Notes: generated from the letters alone by a model not told the origin. Shown: positions 20,035-29,791, counted from the stretch's first letter. The stretch is DNA of 64,000 nucleotides from Phycisphaerae bacterium (GCA_035530655.1 DATKUK010000102.1:143199-207198); one strand, 5' to 3'. Made by a program: numbers and translations.

Positions 20035-21102
20035 ATGACCGAAGATCACGACGACCGCAATGATCATCCCACCCGGCGGGAGTTCCTCCGGCGGGGGGGC
20101 AGCGCGGTAGCGGTGGCTGCCGGAGCGACGGCGGCCGGCCTGCTGCTGTATGACCCGACGGGCAAGCGCGGGCTGGGGCGGCCCGCGCCACTGAAGCTGA
20201 AGAACTACTTCGCGTCGATCGACTACGGCGCGTCCGAGCCGCACCTCTCGGTGGCCCGCGGGCGCGATGTGGCGCGCATGGTGTCGGCCGCGCTCGAACC
20301 GATGGGCGGCATGAAACGCTTCGTCAAAGTCGGTGACGTGGTGCTGCTCAAGCCGAACGTCGCGTTTGACCGCGCCCCGACGATGGGCGCCACGACCAGC
20401 CCGGCATTGGTGGCCGAGGTGGCCCGTCTTTGTCGCCAGGCCGGGGCCAAGAAGGTGATCGTCGCCGACAACCCGATCGAGTCGCCGGAGGGCTGCTTCG
20501 CCAAGACGGGGATCGGCCAGGCCGCTCGCGAGGCGGGAGCGGTGGTCATGCTGCCATCGGCGAGCCATTTCCGCGAGGTGGCGGTCCGCGACACACCGCC
20601 CGACGCAGGCCGCGGCGAGATCCTGGGCTCGTGGTCGATTCTCTGGCCGCCGCTGGCCGAGGCCGACAAGGTGATCGGCCTGCCCACCGTCAAGGACCAC
20701 AACCTTTGCTACGCGTCGCTGGGCATGAAAGGGTGGTACGGATTGCTGGGCGGGCGGCGCAATCAGTTTCACCAGGCCATCCACGAAATCATCAGCGACC
20801 TGGGCTACATGATCAGCCCGACGCTTATGATTGCCGACGGCACGCGTGTGCTTATGCGCAACGGGCCGACCGGCGGGCGCCTGCAAGACGTGAAGGCGGG
20901 CAACACAATCGTCGCCGCCGTGGATCAGGTGGCTTGCGACGCCTGGTGCTACGAGAATCTGCTCGGGCGCGATCCGGCCAAACTTGCGTATCTGGAGATG
21001 GCGTGGGAGAAGTTCGGGCGCGGTCAGCTTCCGCATCGGCTGGGGCAGCGCGACTGGCAGGACTACAAGCGACGCGGTCTCGTCGCCGAGGTAAACGTAT
21101 AA
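20035..21102 (+). CDS. DUF362-domain protein with a twin-arginine (TAT) signal, probably a periplasmic Fe-S protein
   Basis: The TAT motif is RREFLRRGGSAVAVAAGA. The DUF362-like core is VKDHNLCYASLGMKGWYGLL. The start ATG lies 5 nt after the upstream stop. Confidence 0.75.
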   Translation: MTEDHDDRNDHPTRREFLRRGGSAVAVAAGATAAGLLLYDPTGKRGLGRPAPLKLKNYFASIDYGASEPHLSVARGRDVARMVSAALEPMGGMKRFVKVGDVVLLKPNVAFDRAPTMGATTSPALVAEVARLCRQAGAKKVIVADNPIESPEGCFAKTGIGQAAREAGAVVMLPSASHFREVAVRDTPPDAGRGEILGSWSILWPPLAEADKVIGLPTVKDHNLCYASLGMKGWYGLLGGRRNQFHQAIHEIISDLGYMISPTLMIADGTRVLMRNGPTGGRLQDVKAGNTIVAAVDQVACDAWCYENLLGRDPAKLAYLEMAWEKFGRGQLPHRLGQRDWQDYKRRGLVAEVNV

Positions 21103-21164
21103 GTTGCTTCATGCAGACGCCCGACGACAGGGCAGGCGGCTTCCGAATCGGCAAGAGGTAGGCA

Positions 21165-23018
21165 GTGAGGATCACCACCGTAAGGATTATCTGCCAGAGC
21201 GTGTTGTTCTGTGTGTTTCTTGCGCTCTCGCTGCTGACCACGTTCGCCTATCTCGACAGCCTGCCGGGCCTGAAGCTGTGGCTGAGCAAGTTCCTCGAGA
21301 TCGATCCGCTCATCGCCATTTCGACCGCCATCACCACCCACACGGTCTACAAGGGTCTGTTGTGGTCGCTGGTGCTGCTGGTCCCGACGCTGTTCCTCGG
21401 GCGGTTCTTCTGCGACTGGATGTGCCCATACGGATCGCTGCATCACTTCGTGGGTTGGGCGTTCAACCGGCGCAACACCAAACATCGCATAGAGTCGAAC
21501 CGACATCGCCCGCTGTACCGCTTTAAGTACTACTTGCTGGTGGCTTTGCTGGCGGCAGCCGTGCTGGGCAGCCTGCAAATCGGCCTGCTCGACCCGCTCT
21601 GCCTGCTGCATCGTTCGGTGGCGGTGTCGGTCGCGCCGACGTGGGATATGGCCGTCACCGCCATCGAACGAGGGCTCGACGTCAACCTGTCGACTTGGCG
21701 GTTCCGCCTCGATCCCGGCGTGTACCAGCTCGGGTGGGTCATCGGCGCGATCCTGTTCGTGCTGGTAGCTCTGAACGTGGTCATCCCGCGTTTCTTCTGC
21801 CGCTCGTTGTGTCCGCTCGGGGCCACGCTCGGGTTTTTCAGCCGGTTCTCGCTGTGGCGCATCGACCGCGACCCGGACCGTTGCACTCATTGCGATCTCT
21901 GCCTGCGAAGCTGCGAGGCGGCCTGCGACCCCCAGGCCGATCTGCGCAAAGCGGAATGCTTTGTTTGCTTCAACTGCGTCGAGGAATGCCCGCACGATGC
22001 GCTGCGCTTTGCGTTTGTCCCTGCGGGCCGACGAGAGATAAGCGGTACCGATGTGGCCGGTCGGCGGGCGGTCTTCGCGGCGGTTGCGGGCTTCCTCTTC
22101 TATCCGTTCGCCCGCGCCAGTGCCCGCACGAAGCGCGACTTCTCGAGCAAGGCTATCCGGCCGCCCGGTGCGGTCGAGGAGCAGGAGTTTCTCGAACGCT
22201 GCGTGAAGTGCGGCCAGTGCATGCGCGTCTGCCCGACCAATGTGCTGCAACCGGCGGTGTTCGAAGCCGGTGTGGAAGGGCTGTGGACCCCCGTGATGAA
22301 CTACCGCATCGGCTTCTGTCAGACCTCCTGCACGGCGTGTGGGCACGTGTGCCCGACCGGTGCCATTCAGCACCTATCGGTAGCCCAGAAGCTGGGCGCG
22401 GGACCTCACGAGCAGGCCGGGCCGGTCCGTCTGGGTACGGCGCATTTCGATCGCGGCCGCTGCCTGCCATGGAGCAAGAACATTCCCTGCGTGGTGTGCG
22501 AGGAAGTTTGCCCGACCAGCCCGAAGGCCATTTATTCCGAGCGGATGCAACTGGCTATTCGTGACGGGGCCAAGCAGGTCGTCGCAGCCGGCGACCGGGC
22601 GGTTACTCTGGCTGAACAGCCGCGGCCTGGTGAGTTTGTCGCCGAGTCGGCACGGTTCGAGTTCAACCAGTTCGCCGGCGACCAGACGACGCGCTACTTC
22701 GTTGAGATTCTCCACGCCGACGGCGTCCGCGAGGTCCACCCGATTGCGTCGAACGACATCGACACGCTGCTGATCGCCGATCGGTGGCATCAGACACCTG
22801 CGGCGGGCGAGACGGCGGTCATCATGATCGAATTCCGCGTACCCAAGGTGGACGTGTCTCGCTGCACCGGCTGCGGGCTGTGCGAACACGAGTGTCCGGT
22901 TGTCTCAGACCGCCGCGCTGTGTACGTGACGGCCGAGGGTGAAACGCGCTCGCAGCACTACCAGGAAGCCGGGCGCAATCGCTCGGTCCGCCTGCTCCAG
23001 TCAAGCGGGGCGTCGTGA
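21165..23018 (+). CDS. membrane-integral polyferredoxin (NapH/MauN-like, multiple 4Fe-4S clusters)
   Basis: The N-terminal TM region carries FFCDWMCPYGSL, the NapH-type motif. It is followed by at least six CxxCxxCxxxCP ferredoxin motifs, for example CVKCGQCMRVCP and CTGCGLCEHECP. Confidence 0.8.
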   Translation: MRITTVRIICQSVLFCVFLALSLLTTFAYLDSLPGLKLWLSKFLEIDPLIAISTAITTHTVYKGLLWSLVLLVPTLFLGRFFCDWMCPYGSLHHFVGWAFNRRNTKHRIESNRHRPLYRFKYYLLVALLAAAVLGSLQIGLLDPLCLLHRSVAVSVAPTWDMAVTAIERGLDVNLSTWRFRLDPGVYQLGWVIGAILFVLVALNVVIPRFFCRSLCPLGATLGFFSRFSLWRIDRDPDRCTHCDLCLRSCEAACDPQADLRKAECFVCFNCVEECPHDALRFAFVPAGRREISGTDVAGRRAVFAAVAGFLFYPFARASARTKRDFSSKAIRPPGAVEEQEFLERCVKCGQCMRVCPTNVLQPAVFEAGVEGLWTPVMNYRIGFCQTSCTACGHVCPTGAIQHLSVAQKLGAGPHEQAGPVRLGTAHFDRGRCLPWSKNIPCVVCEEVCPTSPKAIYSERMQLAIRDGAKQVVAAGDRAVTLAEQPRPGEFVAESARFEFNQFAGDQTTRYFVEILHADGVREVHPIASNDIDTLLIADRWHQTPAAGETAVIMIEFRVPKVDVSRCTGCGLCEHECPVVSDRRAVYVTAEGETRSQHYQEAGRNRSVRLLQSSGAS

Positions 23019-23136
23019 CGGAATATCGGCCGATTACAACGGTCGAACTTATACAGGTTGTAGCCGTCCATGCACGACGCGACGCCGCACTAACATTAGC
23101 ACGAGTATGACTATCGTAAATACTCGGTTGACTGAC

Positions 23137-24891
23137 TCAACATGGGGTAGGGCAGGGGGGTGACGCCGTCTGCGCCACGTAGATCCAACGCTCGGTGGCC
23201 GGGCCGAAGTTCTTCCCGTCGCACCTGGCACGAGCCTGCACCACGTATGGCCCGGGCAGCACGTCGGTGAACAGCGCCTTTCCGTCAGCCGTCCGTCGGA
23301 CAGCGATGCACCGGCTGCGGTCGCGCGTCAACAGACGGCACTCGAACGCCACCTTGTCGGCCTGCCCTTGCCCGACAAGCGTACACTGCACCTCGACACG
23401 ATCGCCCCCAGCCGGGATGCGTGTCGGGTGGGTGGGCGAGAACACCGCGGTAATGCACTGATCCGGGTTGTGGCGTAACTGGAGCGTCGTCGCGTGGGCG
23501 GAGCCGCGATGGAGCACCACGTCCGGCACGGTAATCTCTCCAGGGCGCTGCACCGTCAACACTCTGGGTGAGTCCCCGCCGATCGTGTACACCAACGTCG
23601 AGCCGGAAGGCAGAGGAAACTGATGCGGCTGGCGAATGGTCACGTGGTAGCGTGTCTGCTCGACGGGCGCCCGCCACGCAGCCGTCGGACCGTCGAGCAG
23701 GAACGGGCTCACCTCCAGCCGGTCGGGCTCGTCGATCAGCCCATCCCAACGGACGAAGGCGTTAAGCATCCCGCGCGGGCAGCTTCGCGGATCGCAGTCG
23801 GCTTGCCACAACCCGCCGGCGTCGATCCCGAACTGTCCCTGGCCGACGTGCTGAAAGATGATGGCTGGTCGGTCGAGCCTCACCTGACCGGTGGCGACCG
23901 GCACGAAAGGAGGATACCAACGCCCCAATGGATCGTCCTTGTGGTGGGTGCGCTGATCCCAGACAAACGTGCCCGCGGCCCGGCCGGCCAACAGCAGGTC
24001 GTACAGCCCCGGCTTGCCAGACTCGACGGAAAGGTACTGGGTAAACGGCACCGTGCGGTCCTTAAGGCCGTGCTCGATCTGGAGCCAACCCGGGTAGGGC
24101 GGCTCGGCCTGGAGCCATCGTGCCGCGTTCAGGTAGTCCCAGACGCCGATGTCGGTGCCTGCTACGCGGAGGTTCCACTGCCTCGGGCCGAACAGTCGCT
24201 CAGCCTCATCGATCATCTGGGGTGCGCCGGCAGGCGTGATCAGCGGCTCGATGGCGAGGCACCCGACTAAATGCTCCGAATGGGTCAGCGCCAGCAGCAG
24301 CGCGCCCGTGCCGCCCATCGAGGCCCCATGCACCCATACGCGCCGGGGGTCGGCTCGGAAGCGTTCCAGGACGAACCGCAACGTATAAAGCAGCCGTCGC
24401 TGCGTGTAGGGCACCACCTGCGTATCACGCTGAGGCTGGGCGGGAAAACGCTCGTGGTAGCCGAACCACGCCGTGTGCCCGGGTTGTCGCTCCCCAAGCC
24501 AATGGGTCTGCGCCAGTGCGTCGGTGTTGTCGTCGGGGATCACGACGATGTGATCGGGCCATCGGCGCTCCCGCCGATTGAAATCGCCCTGGCGCGCGTG
24601 CAGAACCGTGACCACCGGCGCCGGCTCTGTCATGCTTTCCGCCGTTGGCCGCAATAGCGGCAGGCGTACCAGGAAGTCGTAGCAGACCGCCCCAACGCCG
24701 GGCGCGCTCATGGATGAGTCCGTTTCGTGTCGGAAGTGGTAATACCAGTAACCCCAGTGGCTGAAGTGTTTCACCAACGTCGGCTCACGGGGTTCGGCCG
24801 CCTGGAGCGGAACCCAGGCTGCCGCGGTTAGAAACAGGCAACAGACGGTTCGCCACGTGCCGGCCGATACGATCCTTCCCAGCCGCTCCAT
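23137..24891 (-). CDS. secreted alpha/beta-hydrolase (esterase or S9-peptidase-like)
   Basis: The nucleophile elbow GxSxG is VHGASMGGTG. A signal peptide follows the Met at 24891 (MERLGRIV...AAWVPLQAAEP). The longest ORF extends to 24990. Confidence 0.7.
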   Translation of the reverse strand: MERLGRIVSAGTWRTVCCLFLTAAAWVPLQAAEPREPTLVKHFSHWGYWYYHFRHETDSSMSAPGVGAVCYDFLVRLPLLRPTAESMTEPAPVVTVLHARQGDFNRRERRWPDHIVVIPDDNTDALAQTHWLGERQPGHTAWFGYHERFPAQPQRDTQVVPYTQRRLLYTLRFVLERFRADPRRVWVHGASMGGTGALLLALTHSEHLVGCLAIEPLITPAGAPQMIDEAERLFGPRQWNLRVAGTDIGVWDYLNAARWLQAEPPYPGWLQIEHGLKDRTVPFTQYLSVESGKPGLYDLLLAGRAAGTFVWDQRTHHKDDPLGRWYPPFVPVATGQVRLDRPAIIFQHVGQGQFGIDAGGLWQADCDPRSCPRGMLNAFVRWDGLIDEPDRLEVSPFLLDGPTAAWRAPVEQTRYHVTIRQPHQFPLPSGSTLVYTIGGDSPRVLTVQRPGEITVPDVVLHRGSAHATTLQLRHNPDQCITAVFSPTHPTRIPAGGDRVEVQCTLVGQGQADKVAFECRLLTRDRSRCIAVRRTADGKALFTDVLPGPYVVQARARCDGKNFGPATERWIYVAQTASPPCPTPC

Positions 24892-24970
24892 CGGATCCGC
24901 GGTGGGCGCAGCCCTGCTTGCCTGCCCGGACACGGTCGCTATGCTAAAGGTGAGCGAACGGTCCGACGAC

Positions 24971-25504
24971 ATGCCGAAAGAGCCCTCCACTACGCAGGAT
25001 ACGTCCGTCGCGAGAGCTGAAGCCGCCTTTCGCGCCCATCTGCGGCGCCGAGGCCTGAAGTATACTCGCGAGCGACGGGCGATTCTCCAGGCCGTGATGC
25101 GAAACGAGCAACATTTTGAGGCCGAGGGGCTGCTACTAGCGATGCGCCAGCAGGCCGTCCGGGTGGGGAAGGCTACGATCTACCGCACGTTGCCGTTGCT
25201 GGTTGAGGCGGGGATTGTCCGAGAGGTGATCTACGGAGAGAAGCACGCCCACTACGAACACACGTTCGGGCACACGCCGCACGACCATATGGTCTGTCGT
25301 GACTGCGGTCAGGTGATCGAGTTCGATAGCAAAGAGGTGCTCGAGCTGATAGGGCAACTTTGCGGGCGACAGGGCTTCGAGCCGCTCTATCACCGCTTCC
25401 AGGTATCCGGCCGATGCGATAGATGCCAGCGCGTGGCCGCGCAGCGTCGCCGAGGCGCTAGCAGAGCGCGGCGTACGTCATCAGGGCCAGCACAGCGATC
25501 CTGA
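24971..25504 (+). CDS. fur: Fur-family metal-responsive transcriptional regulator
   Basis: The DNA-binding helix is ATIYRTL. The metal-site motifs are HAHYEH...HDHMVCRDCGQVIEF and CDRC. The alternative start is ATG 24941. Confidence 0.75.
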   Translation: MPKEPSTTQDTSVARAEAAFRAHLRRRGLKYTRERRAILQAVMRNEQHFEAEGLLLAMRQQAVRVGKATIYRTLPLLVEAGIVREVIYGEKHAHYEHTFGHTPHDHMVCRDCGQVIEFDSKEVLELIGQLCGRQGFEPLYHRFQVSGRCDRCQRVAAQRRRGASRARRTSSGPAQRS

Positions 25505-25599
25505 TCTTTCGCCGGAAAAACCAGACCAGTACGTCCCAATGCATCTTTCCGCCTCCTGCGGGCAGTGATTCCTCCGATAAGCGAGGCCACAAACGCAGT

Positions 25600-25906
25600 G
25601 CCCATCGCGGGGAGGCGATGGCTCGACTTATAGGACTTTGTAAGTCCTTGACATGGCGTGAGTTGCCTGCATCCGCGTCGGGGAGAGGAGATTTGCCGGA
25701 TGGGCCGGTTGTGCCGCCCGATGACCCAAAGTGGCGGCGGACAGCACACTCCCGTGCTGCCTTGCCTGCTAACTCCTTGAAACAAAGGAGGCTACAGGCT
25801 ATCTTCGCCGGTGCCCACGGCCGCCGCCTGGCGCGAGTGTTTGCCCGGCTGCAACGGCGGTGGGGGCCCTAGGTGCTGGTACCACACGGGAGTGCAAACG
25901 ACGATC
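25600..25906 (+). promoter_or_regulatory. long structured 5' leader of glyQS with candidate sigma70 -35 TTGACA (25647-25652), an adjacent 17-bp perfect palindrome, and a weak T-box-like element near the start codon
   Basis: The palindrome AGGACTTTGTAAGTCCT is at 25631-25647. The segment GGUGCUGGUACCACACGG at about 25871-25888 resembles the T-box core GGGUGGUACCGCGG. There is a GGGAG Shine-Dalgarno before ATG 25907. Confidence 0.25.
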
Positions 25907-27526
25907 ATGGCTGAGCAATCGTACATGGAGAAGCTGACCGCGCTGTGCAAGCGGCGCGGGTTTATCTTTCAGTCGAGCGAGATCTATGGGGGCATCGGCG
26001 GCTTCTGGGACTACGGACCGCTCGGTGTGGAACTCAAACGCAACATCAAGAATGCCTGGTGGCACGACATGGTCACCACGCGCGACGACATCGTCGGGAT
26101 CGACTGTGCGATCATCATGAACCCGAGTGTATGGGAGGCCAGCGGGCATGTCACCGGCTTCACCGACCCGCTGGTGGACTGCAAGAGCTGCAAGGCCCGC
26201 TTTCGGGCGGATCAGCTTAGTATGTACTATGTGTATGCCGTGGAGCACATCCCCGAGGTGTTCTCCGCAGTCGAGCGGAAGCAGGTCGAGCAGGACTCTC
26301 CTGTGCAGACCGAATTGGTGACGGAAGAGGGGTCGTCGGACGATGTGGTGCAGACGATCGCCCGGCGCATGCTGAACTCCAAGCGGGCCAAGGTCGTCGT
26401 CGTGCCCGGTCGGGAGAACGGTCCGGCGTGGCGGTTCGTCCAGGACGGGCCGAAAAACTACCTCCTCGCGCCTTACAACGCGGCGATCGGTGCCGACAAC
26501 CCATACCATCGCTGCCCGAACTGCGGGGGCGGCCTGACCGATCCACGCAAGTTCAACCTCATGTTCGAGACCTACGTGGGGGCCATGCGCGATTCCTCGT
26601 CGCGGGCGTACTTGCGGCCCGAGACGGCGCAGGGGATCTTCGCGAACTTCAAGAACGTGCTCGATACCACGCGCATCAAGCTGCCCTTCGGCATCGCCCA
26701 GATCGGCAAGAGCTTCCGCAACGAGATCAACCCGCGCAACTACACGTTCCGCTCGCGGGAGTTCGAGCAGGCCGAGATGGAGTTCTTCTGCCATCCCTCC
26801 GAGGCGGAAAAGTGGTATGAGTACTGGCGCGACGCGCGGTACCGCTGGTACGTCGACCTGGGGCTTAAGAGCGACCGGCTCAGCTTGCGCGACCACACGC
26901 CCGAAGAGCTGGCCCATTACGCACGTGGCTGTGCCGACGTGGAGTATGCGTTTCCCTTCGGCGTATCAGAACTCGAGGGCATCGCCAACCGCACCGACTA
27001 CGACCTTACCCAGCACCAGAACGCCAGCGGGAAGGATCTGACCTACTTCGACGACCAGACACGCGAGCGCTTCATTCCCTATGTCGTCGAGCCGGCAGGG
27101 GGCATCGACCGGACGGCCTTGGCGCTTCTGTGTGAAGCCTACACCGAAGATGAGGCTCCCGACGAGAAGGGCGTGCCGCAGCCGAGGACGCTGATGAAGT
27201 TTCACCCGCGCGTGGCACCGATCAAGGCGGCGGTGTTCCCGCTCGTCAAGCGCGACGGTATGCCCGAGATCGCGCGGGCGATCTACGAGCAACTGCGCCA
27301 GTGCGTGCCTGCATTCCATGACGACAAGGGTGCCATCGGCCGACGCTACCGCCGCCAGGACGAGGCCGGCACCCCGTTCTGCTTTACCGTCGACGGGCAG
27401 ACCCTCGAAAACGGTACCGTAACGGTCCGCGACCGGGACTCGCTGCGGCAGGAGCGGATCGATAAGTCACGGGTACAGCAATACCTGGCCGACGCCTTGG
27501 GTCGCGCGGTCGTTGAAGGCGGCTGA
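25907..27526 (+). CDS. glyQS: glycine--tRNA ligase (dimeric class II type)
   Basis: It reads MAEQSYMEKLTALCKRRGFIFQSSEIYGGIGGFWDYGPLGVELK... and carries class II motifs. Confidence 0.95.
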   Translation: MAEQSYMEKLTALCKRRGFIFQSSEIYGGIGGFWDYGPLGVELKRNIKNAWWHDMVTTRDDIVGIDCAIIMNPSVWEASGHVTGFTDPLVDCKSCKARFRADQLSMYYVYAVEHIPEVFSAVERKQVEQDSPVQTELVTEEGSSDDVVQTIARRMLNSKRAKVVVVPGRENGPAWRFVQDGPKNYLLAPYNAAIGADNPYHRCPNCGGGLTDPRKFNLMFETYVGAMRDSSSRAYLRPETAQGIFANFKNVLDTTRIKLPFGIAQIGKSFRNEINPRNYTFRSREFEQAEMEFFCHPSEAEKWYEYWRDARYRWYVDLGLKSDRLSLRDHTPEELAHYARGCADVEYAFPFGVSELEGIANRTDYDLTQHQNASGKDLTYFDDQTRERFIPYVVEPAGGIDRTALALLCEAYTEDEAPDEKGVPQPRTLMKFHPRVAPIKAAVFPLVKRDGMPEIARAIYEQLRQCVPAFHDDKGAIGRRYRRQDEAGTPFCFTVDGQTLENGTVTVRDRDSLRQERIDKSRVQQYLADALGRAVVEGG

Positions 27527-27574
27527 CGTCTCGCTACGTCCACGGGCACTGCCGCATCGTCCGGTTTCTGCAAA

Positions 27575-27630
27575 AAGGCGCTTGACCGCACGCGTTACTA
27601 CAGTGTACTGTTATAATATATAACTATACT
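27575..27630 (+). promoter_or_regulatory. AT-rich promoter/operator island with a perfect extended -10 TGTTATAAT (27609-27617) overlapping the imperfect palindrome GTTATA-ATA-TATAAC, upstream of the ArsR-like gene
   Basis: Read directly. TGnTATAAT fully matches the extended -10 consensus. It sits about 60 nt upstream of ATG 27676, which has a GGGAG Shine-Dalgarno. Confidence 0.45.
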
Positions 27631-27675
27631 ATGTAATAACTTTAACGATCCTGTTAACCTTTGTTGGGAGCAGCC

Positions 27676-28308
27676 ATGTCGTCCAGCCCGAAACCTTCCG
27701 CCGTTCGAACTCAGGCCGCCTCGACGGACCGCCCGTCACGCCCGCGCCAACAGCCAAAGGGAAGCAAAAAGAGTTCTCAAAAGAAAAGGCCGCACGGTGA
27801 CGATACCAGACGGCGCTCGCGCCAAACCCGTGACGGACGCGGCAGGGGGTTGGCTACGCTCTTCCCCAAGGTGGTCAAGAACCGGCGTCTGTTTGGGCTG
27901 GCAGGGGTCTGCGGGTTGGCCGAGTGCGACGGTACCAAGCCCATTATCACGGTCGAGCGACGAGAGGAGCTGTTCACCAAGCCCGCCAGGCGGCCCCGCG
28001 AGCGATTCCTGTCGGCCGCCTCCGACGAGCGAATCGCCAAACTCTGCAACGCCATGGCCAATCCGCGTCGCGTGGCCATGCTCAAGGCGATCTTCACCGG
28101 AGCGGGCAGATATGCCCAGCTCGCAGAAACGCTGGGGCTCAAGGCCGGGCCGCTGTATCACCATGTACGCGAACTTCGCCTGGCTGGACTGCTTGAACTC
28201 GCACAGCGCGACACCTACCGTCTGACCGAGTACGGCAAATACGCCTTGCTGTTAGCCTGCCTGAGTGAATCGCTGCTGAGCAAACTCCATTCGACCGACC
28301 GCGAATAG
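27676..28308 (+). CDS. ArsR/SmtB-like winged-helix transcriptional regulator with a basic low-complexity N-terminus
   Basis: The HTH region is NPRRVAMLKAIFTGAGRYAQLAETLGLKAGPLYHHVRELRLAGLLE. The N-terminal 80 aa are rich in R, K and S. Confidence 0.6.
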   Translation: MSSSPKPSAVRTQAASTDRPSRPRQQPKGSKKSSQKKRPHGDDTRRRSRQTRDGRGRGLATLFPKVVKNRRLFGLAGVCGLAECDGTKPIITVERREELFTKPARRPRERFLSAASDERIAKLCNAMANPRRVAMLKAIFTGAGRYAQLAETLGLKAGPLYHHVRELRLAGLLELAQRDTYRLTEYGKYALLLACLSESLLSKLHSTDRE

Positions 28309-28492
28309 CCCTCGCGATGGGCGACGGGAAGCGTTCTTCGGCACGCTCTAAAGCCGCCATCGCCAACGATCCGAAGGGTCTCAGTTGGCTGGTCGACCAC
28401 GCCGACAGACCTATGGCTGACCCCCAGCGGGCCCAATTCGGCACAACCCGCACGTAACTCGTTGTTATTAAAGTACTTAAGCATAAGGTCCG

Positions 28493-28506
28493 ATAAGATA
28501 TCTTAT
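28493..28506. repeat. 14-bp perfect palindrome ATAAGATATCTTAT in the AT-rich convergent intergenic region between the ArsR-like gene and fabF
   Basis: Read directly. It is embedded in the AT-rich patch cgttgttattaaagtacttaagcataagg. Confidence 0.5.
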
Positions 28507-28519
28507 GTTGCGCTCGCCG

Positions 28520-29791
28520 CTATCGTCGTGCAGGCTCAGCCCGGCCGACAACCAGTGCACCGATAGCACCCCCGAACCCCGTCGACAGCTTCAGCGCGTA
28601 CTCGATGTTCTGATGACGTGCGTATCCGGGCACATAATCAAGGTCACAGGCTGGGTCAGGATCCATCAGGTTAGCCGTCGGCGGTGCGACCTGCCGCGCC
28701 ACCGCCAGTACGGTAATGGCCGCCTCAACGGCCCCAGCCGCGCCCATCATATGCCCCAGGCCGCCTTTGACTGAGCTTACGGGCACGCGGTGTGCAGTGG
28801 GGCCCAGCACAGCTTTCAGGGCGCGGGTCTCGATGGGGTCGTTGGCCCGGGTAGCCGTGCCGTGCGCGTTAACGTATCCGATCCGGTCGGGTTCGATCCC
28901 GGCCGCATCGATGGTGCGACGCAGGACAGTCGCCAGGGCCTCGCCGTCGTTTCCGAGCTCGGCTAACCCAGCCGGGTCGGCGCCCATACCCCAGCCAACC
29001 AACCGGCCAAGCATGCGCCCGCCACGAGCCAACACACCTTCGGGCGACTCGAGCACGAGCACAGCCGCTCCTTCCCCGAGGGCAAATCCGCGCCGTTGAC
29101 GATCGAACGGACGGCATGCGGTGCTCGCATCCCCGTCGGCCTCAGCGAGAACCCCCATACGCCGGAACGAGCTGACGAACAGAGGGTGGATCGATGCGTC
29201 GGTAGCACCGGCCAGCACAACGTCAGCCTGGCCGTCGGCAATCAGCTGGGCACCGCGAATCACAGCGTGCAACCCGGTGGCACAAGCGGTCGCCATACCT
29301 ATACAGGGCCCCGTCACTGCGAACTGGCGGGCCACCGCCCTCGCCGGCTCGGCCGGGTCTGTTCTGCCCAACGCTGCCGCCGCTGTGCGGTCGCCGGCAA
29401 GAAAGGCCTTGTGAGCTGTCAGCAGGCTCAGCACGCAGCCCTTGCTGCACCCGATGACCACCCCCCCCGCCCTCATCCCGGCCGGCGCCCTGCCTGCCAG
29501 CCCTGCCTGCTCTACTGCCTCTCGTGCTGCGTCGACCACGAAGCTGACGGCCCGGTCCGTCCCGTTCAGGGCATCTGCCTGTACAACCCTGGCCACCGCG
29601 GCGTGGGTATCCCCGACAGACTGTCGCCCTACCGCGGTGTGCCCCGCCAGCAGCCGCACCCACGTGGGCTCGACCCCCCTGCCCAGTGGGGTGACCATGC
29701 CGATACCCGTTACGCATACCGAGTTCACCGTCGCGTTCCGTCCACACCGACGTCGCAGGACTGCCCGACCGTCGCCGCGTCCATTCGACAT
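28520..29791 (-). CDS. fabF: beta-ketoacyl-ACP synthase II
   Basis: The N-terminus has VCVTGIGMVTPLG. The active-site Cys region is ACATGLHAV. The C-terminal His regions are YVNAHGTATRANDP and GHMMGAAG. The true start may be downstream of the longest-ORF Met. Confidence 0.9.
   Translation of the reverse strand: MSNGRGDGRAVLRRRCGRNATVNSVCVTGIGMVTPLGRGVEPTWVRLLAGHTAVGRQSVGDTHAAVARVVQADALNGTDRAVSFVVDAAREAVEQAGLAGRAPAGMRAGGVVIGCSKGCVLSLLTAHKAFLAGDRTAAAALGRTDPAEPARAVARQFAVTGPCIGMATACATGLHAVIRGAQLIADGQADVVLAGATDASIHPLFVSSFRRMGVLAEADGDASTACRPFDRQRRGFALGEGAAVLVLESPEGVLARGGRMLGRLVGWGMGADPAGLAELGNDGEALATVLRRTIDAAGIEPDRIGYVNAHGTATRANDPIETRALKAVLGPTAHRVPVSSVKGGLGHMMGAAGAVEAAITVLAVARQVAPPTANLMDPDPACDLDYVPGYARHQNIEYALKLSTGFGGAIGALVVGRAEPARR

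Noticed and set aside
19738-22373. Long minus-strand ORFs of 432 and 436 aa overlapping the DUF362 and polyferredoxin genes.
   Set aside because: The plus-strand genes have a TAT signal and multiple CxxCxxCxxxCP motifs. The minus frames are Arg/Ala/His-rich with no motifs.
25799-26917. A 372-aa minus-strand ORF antisense to glyQS.
   Set aside because: glyQS is unambiguous and the antisense frame is low-complexity.
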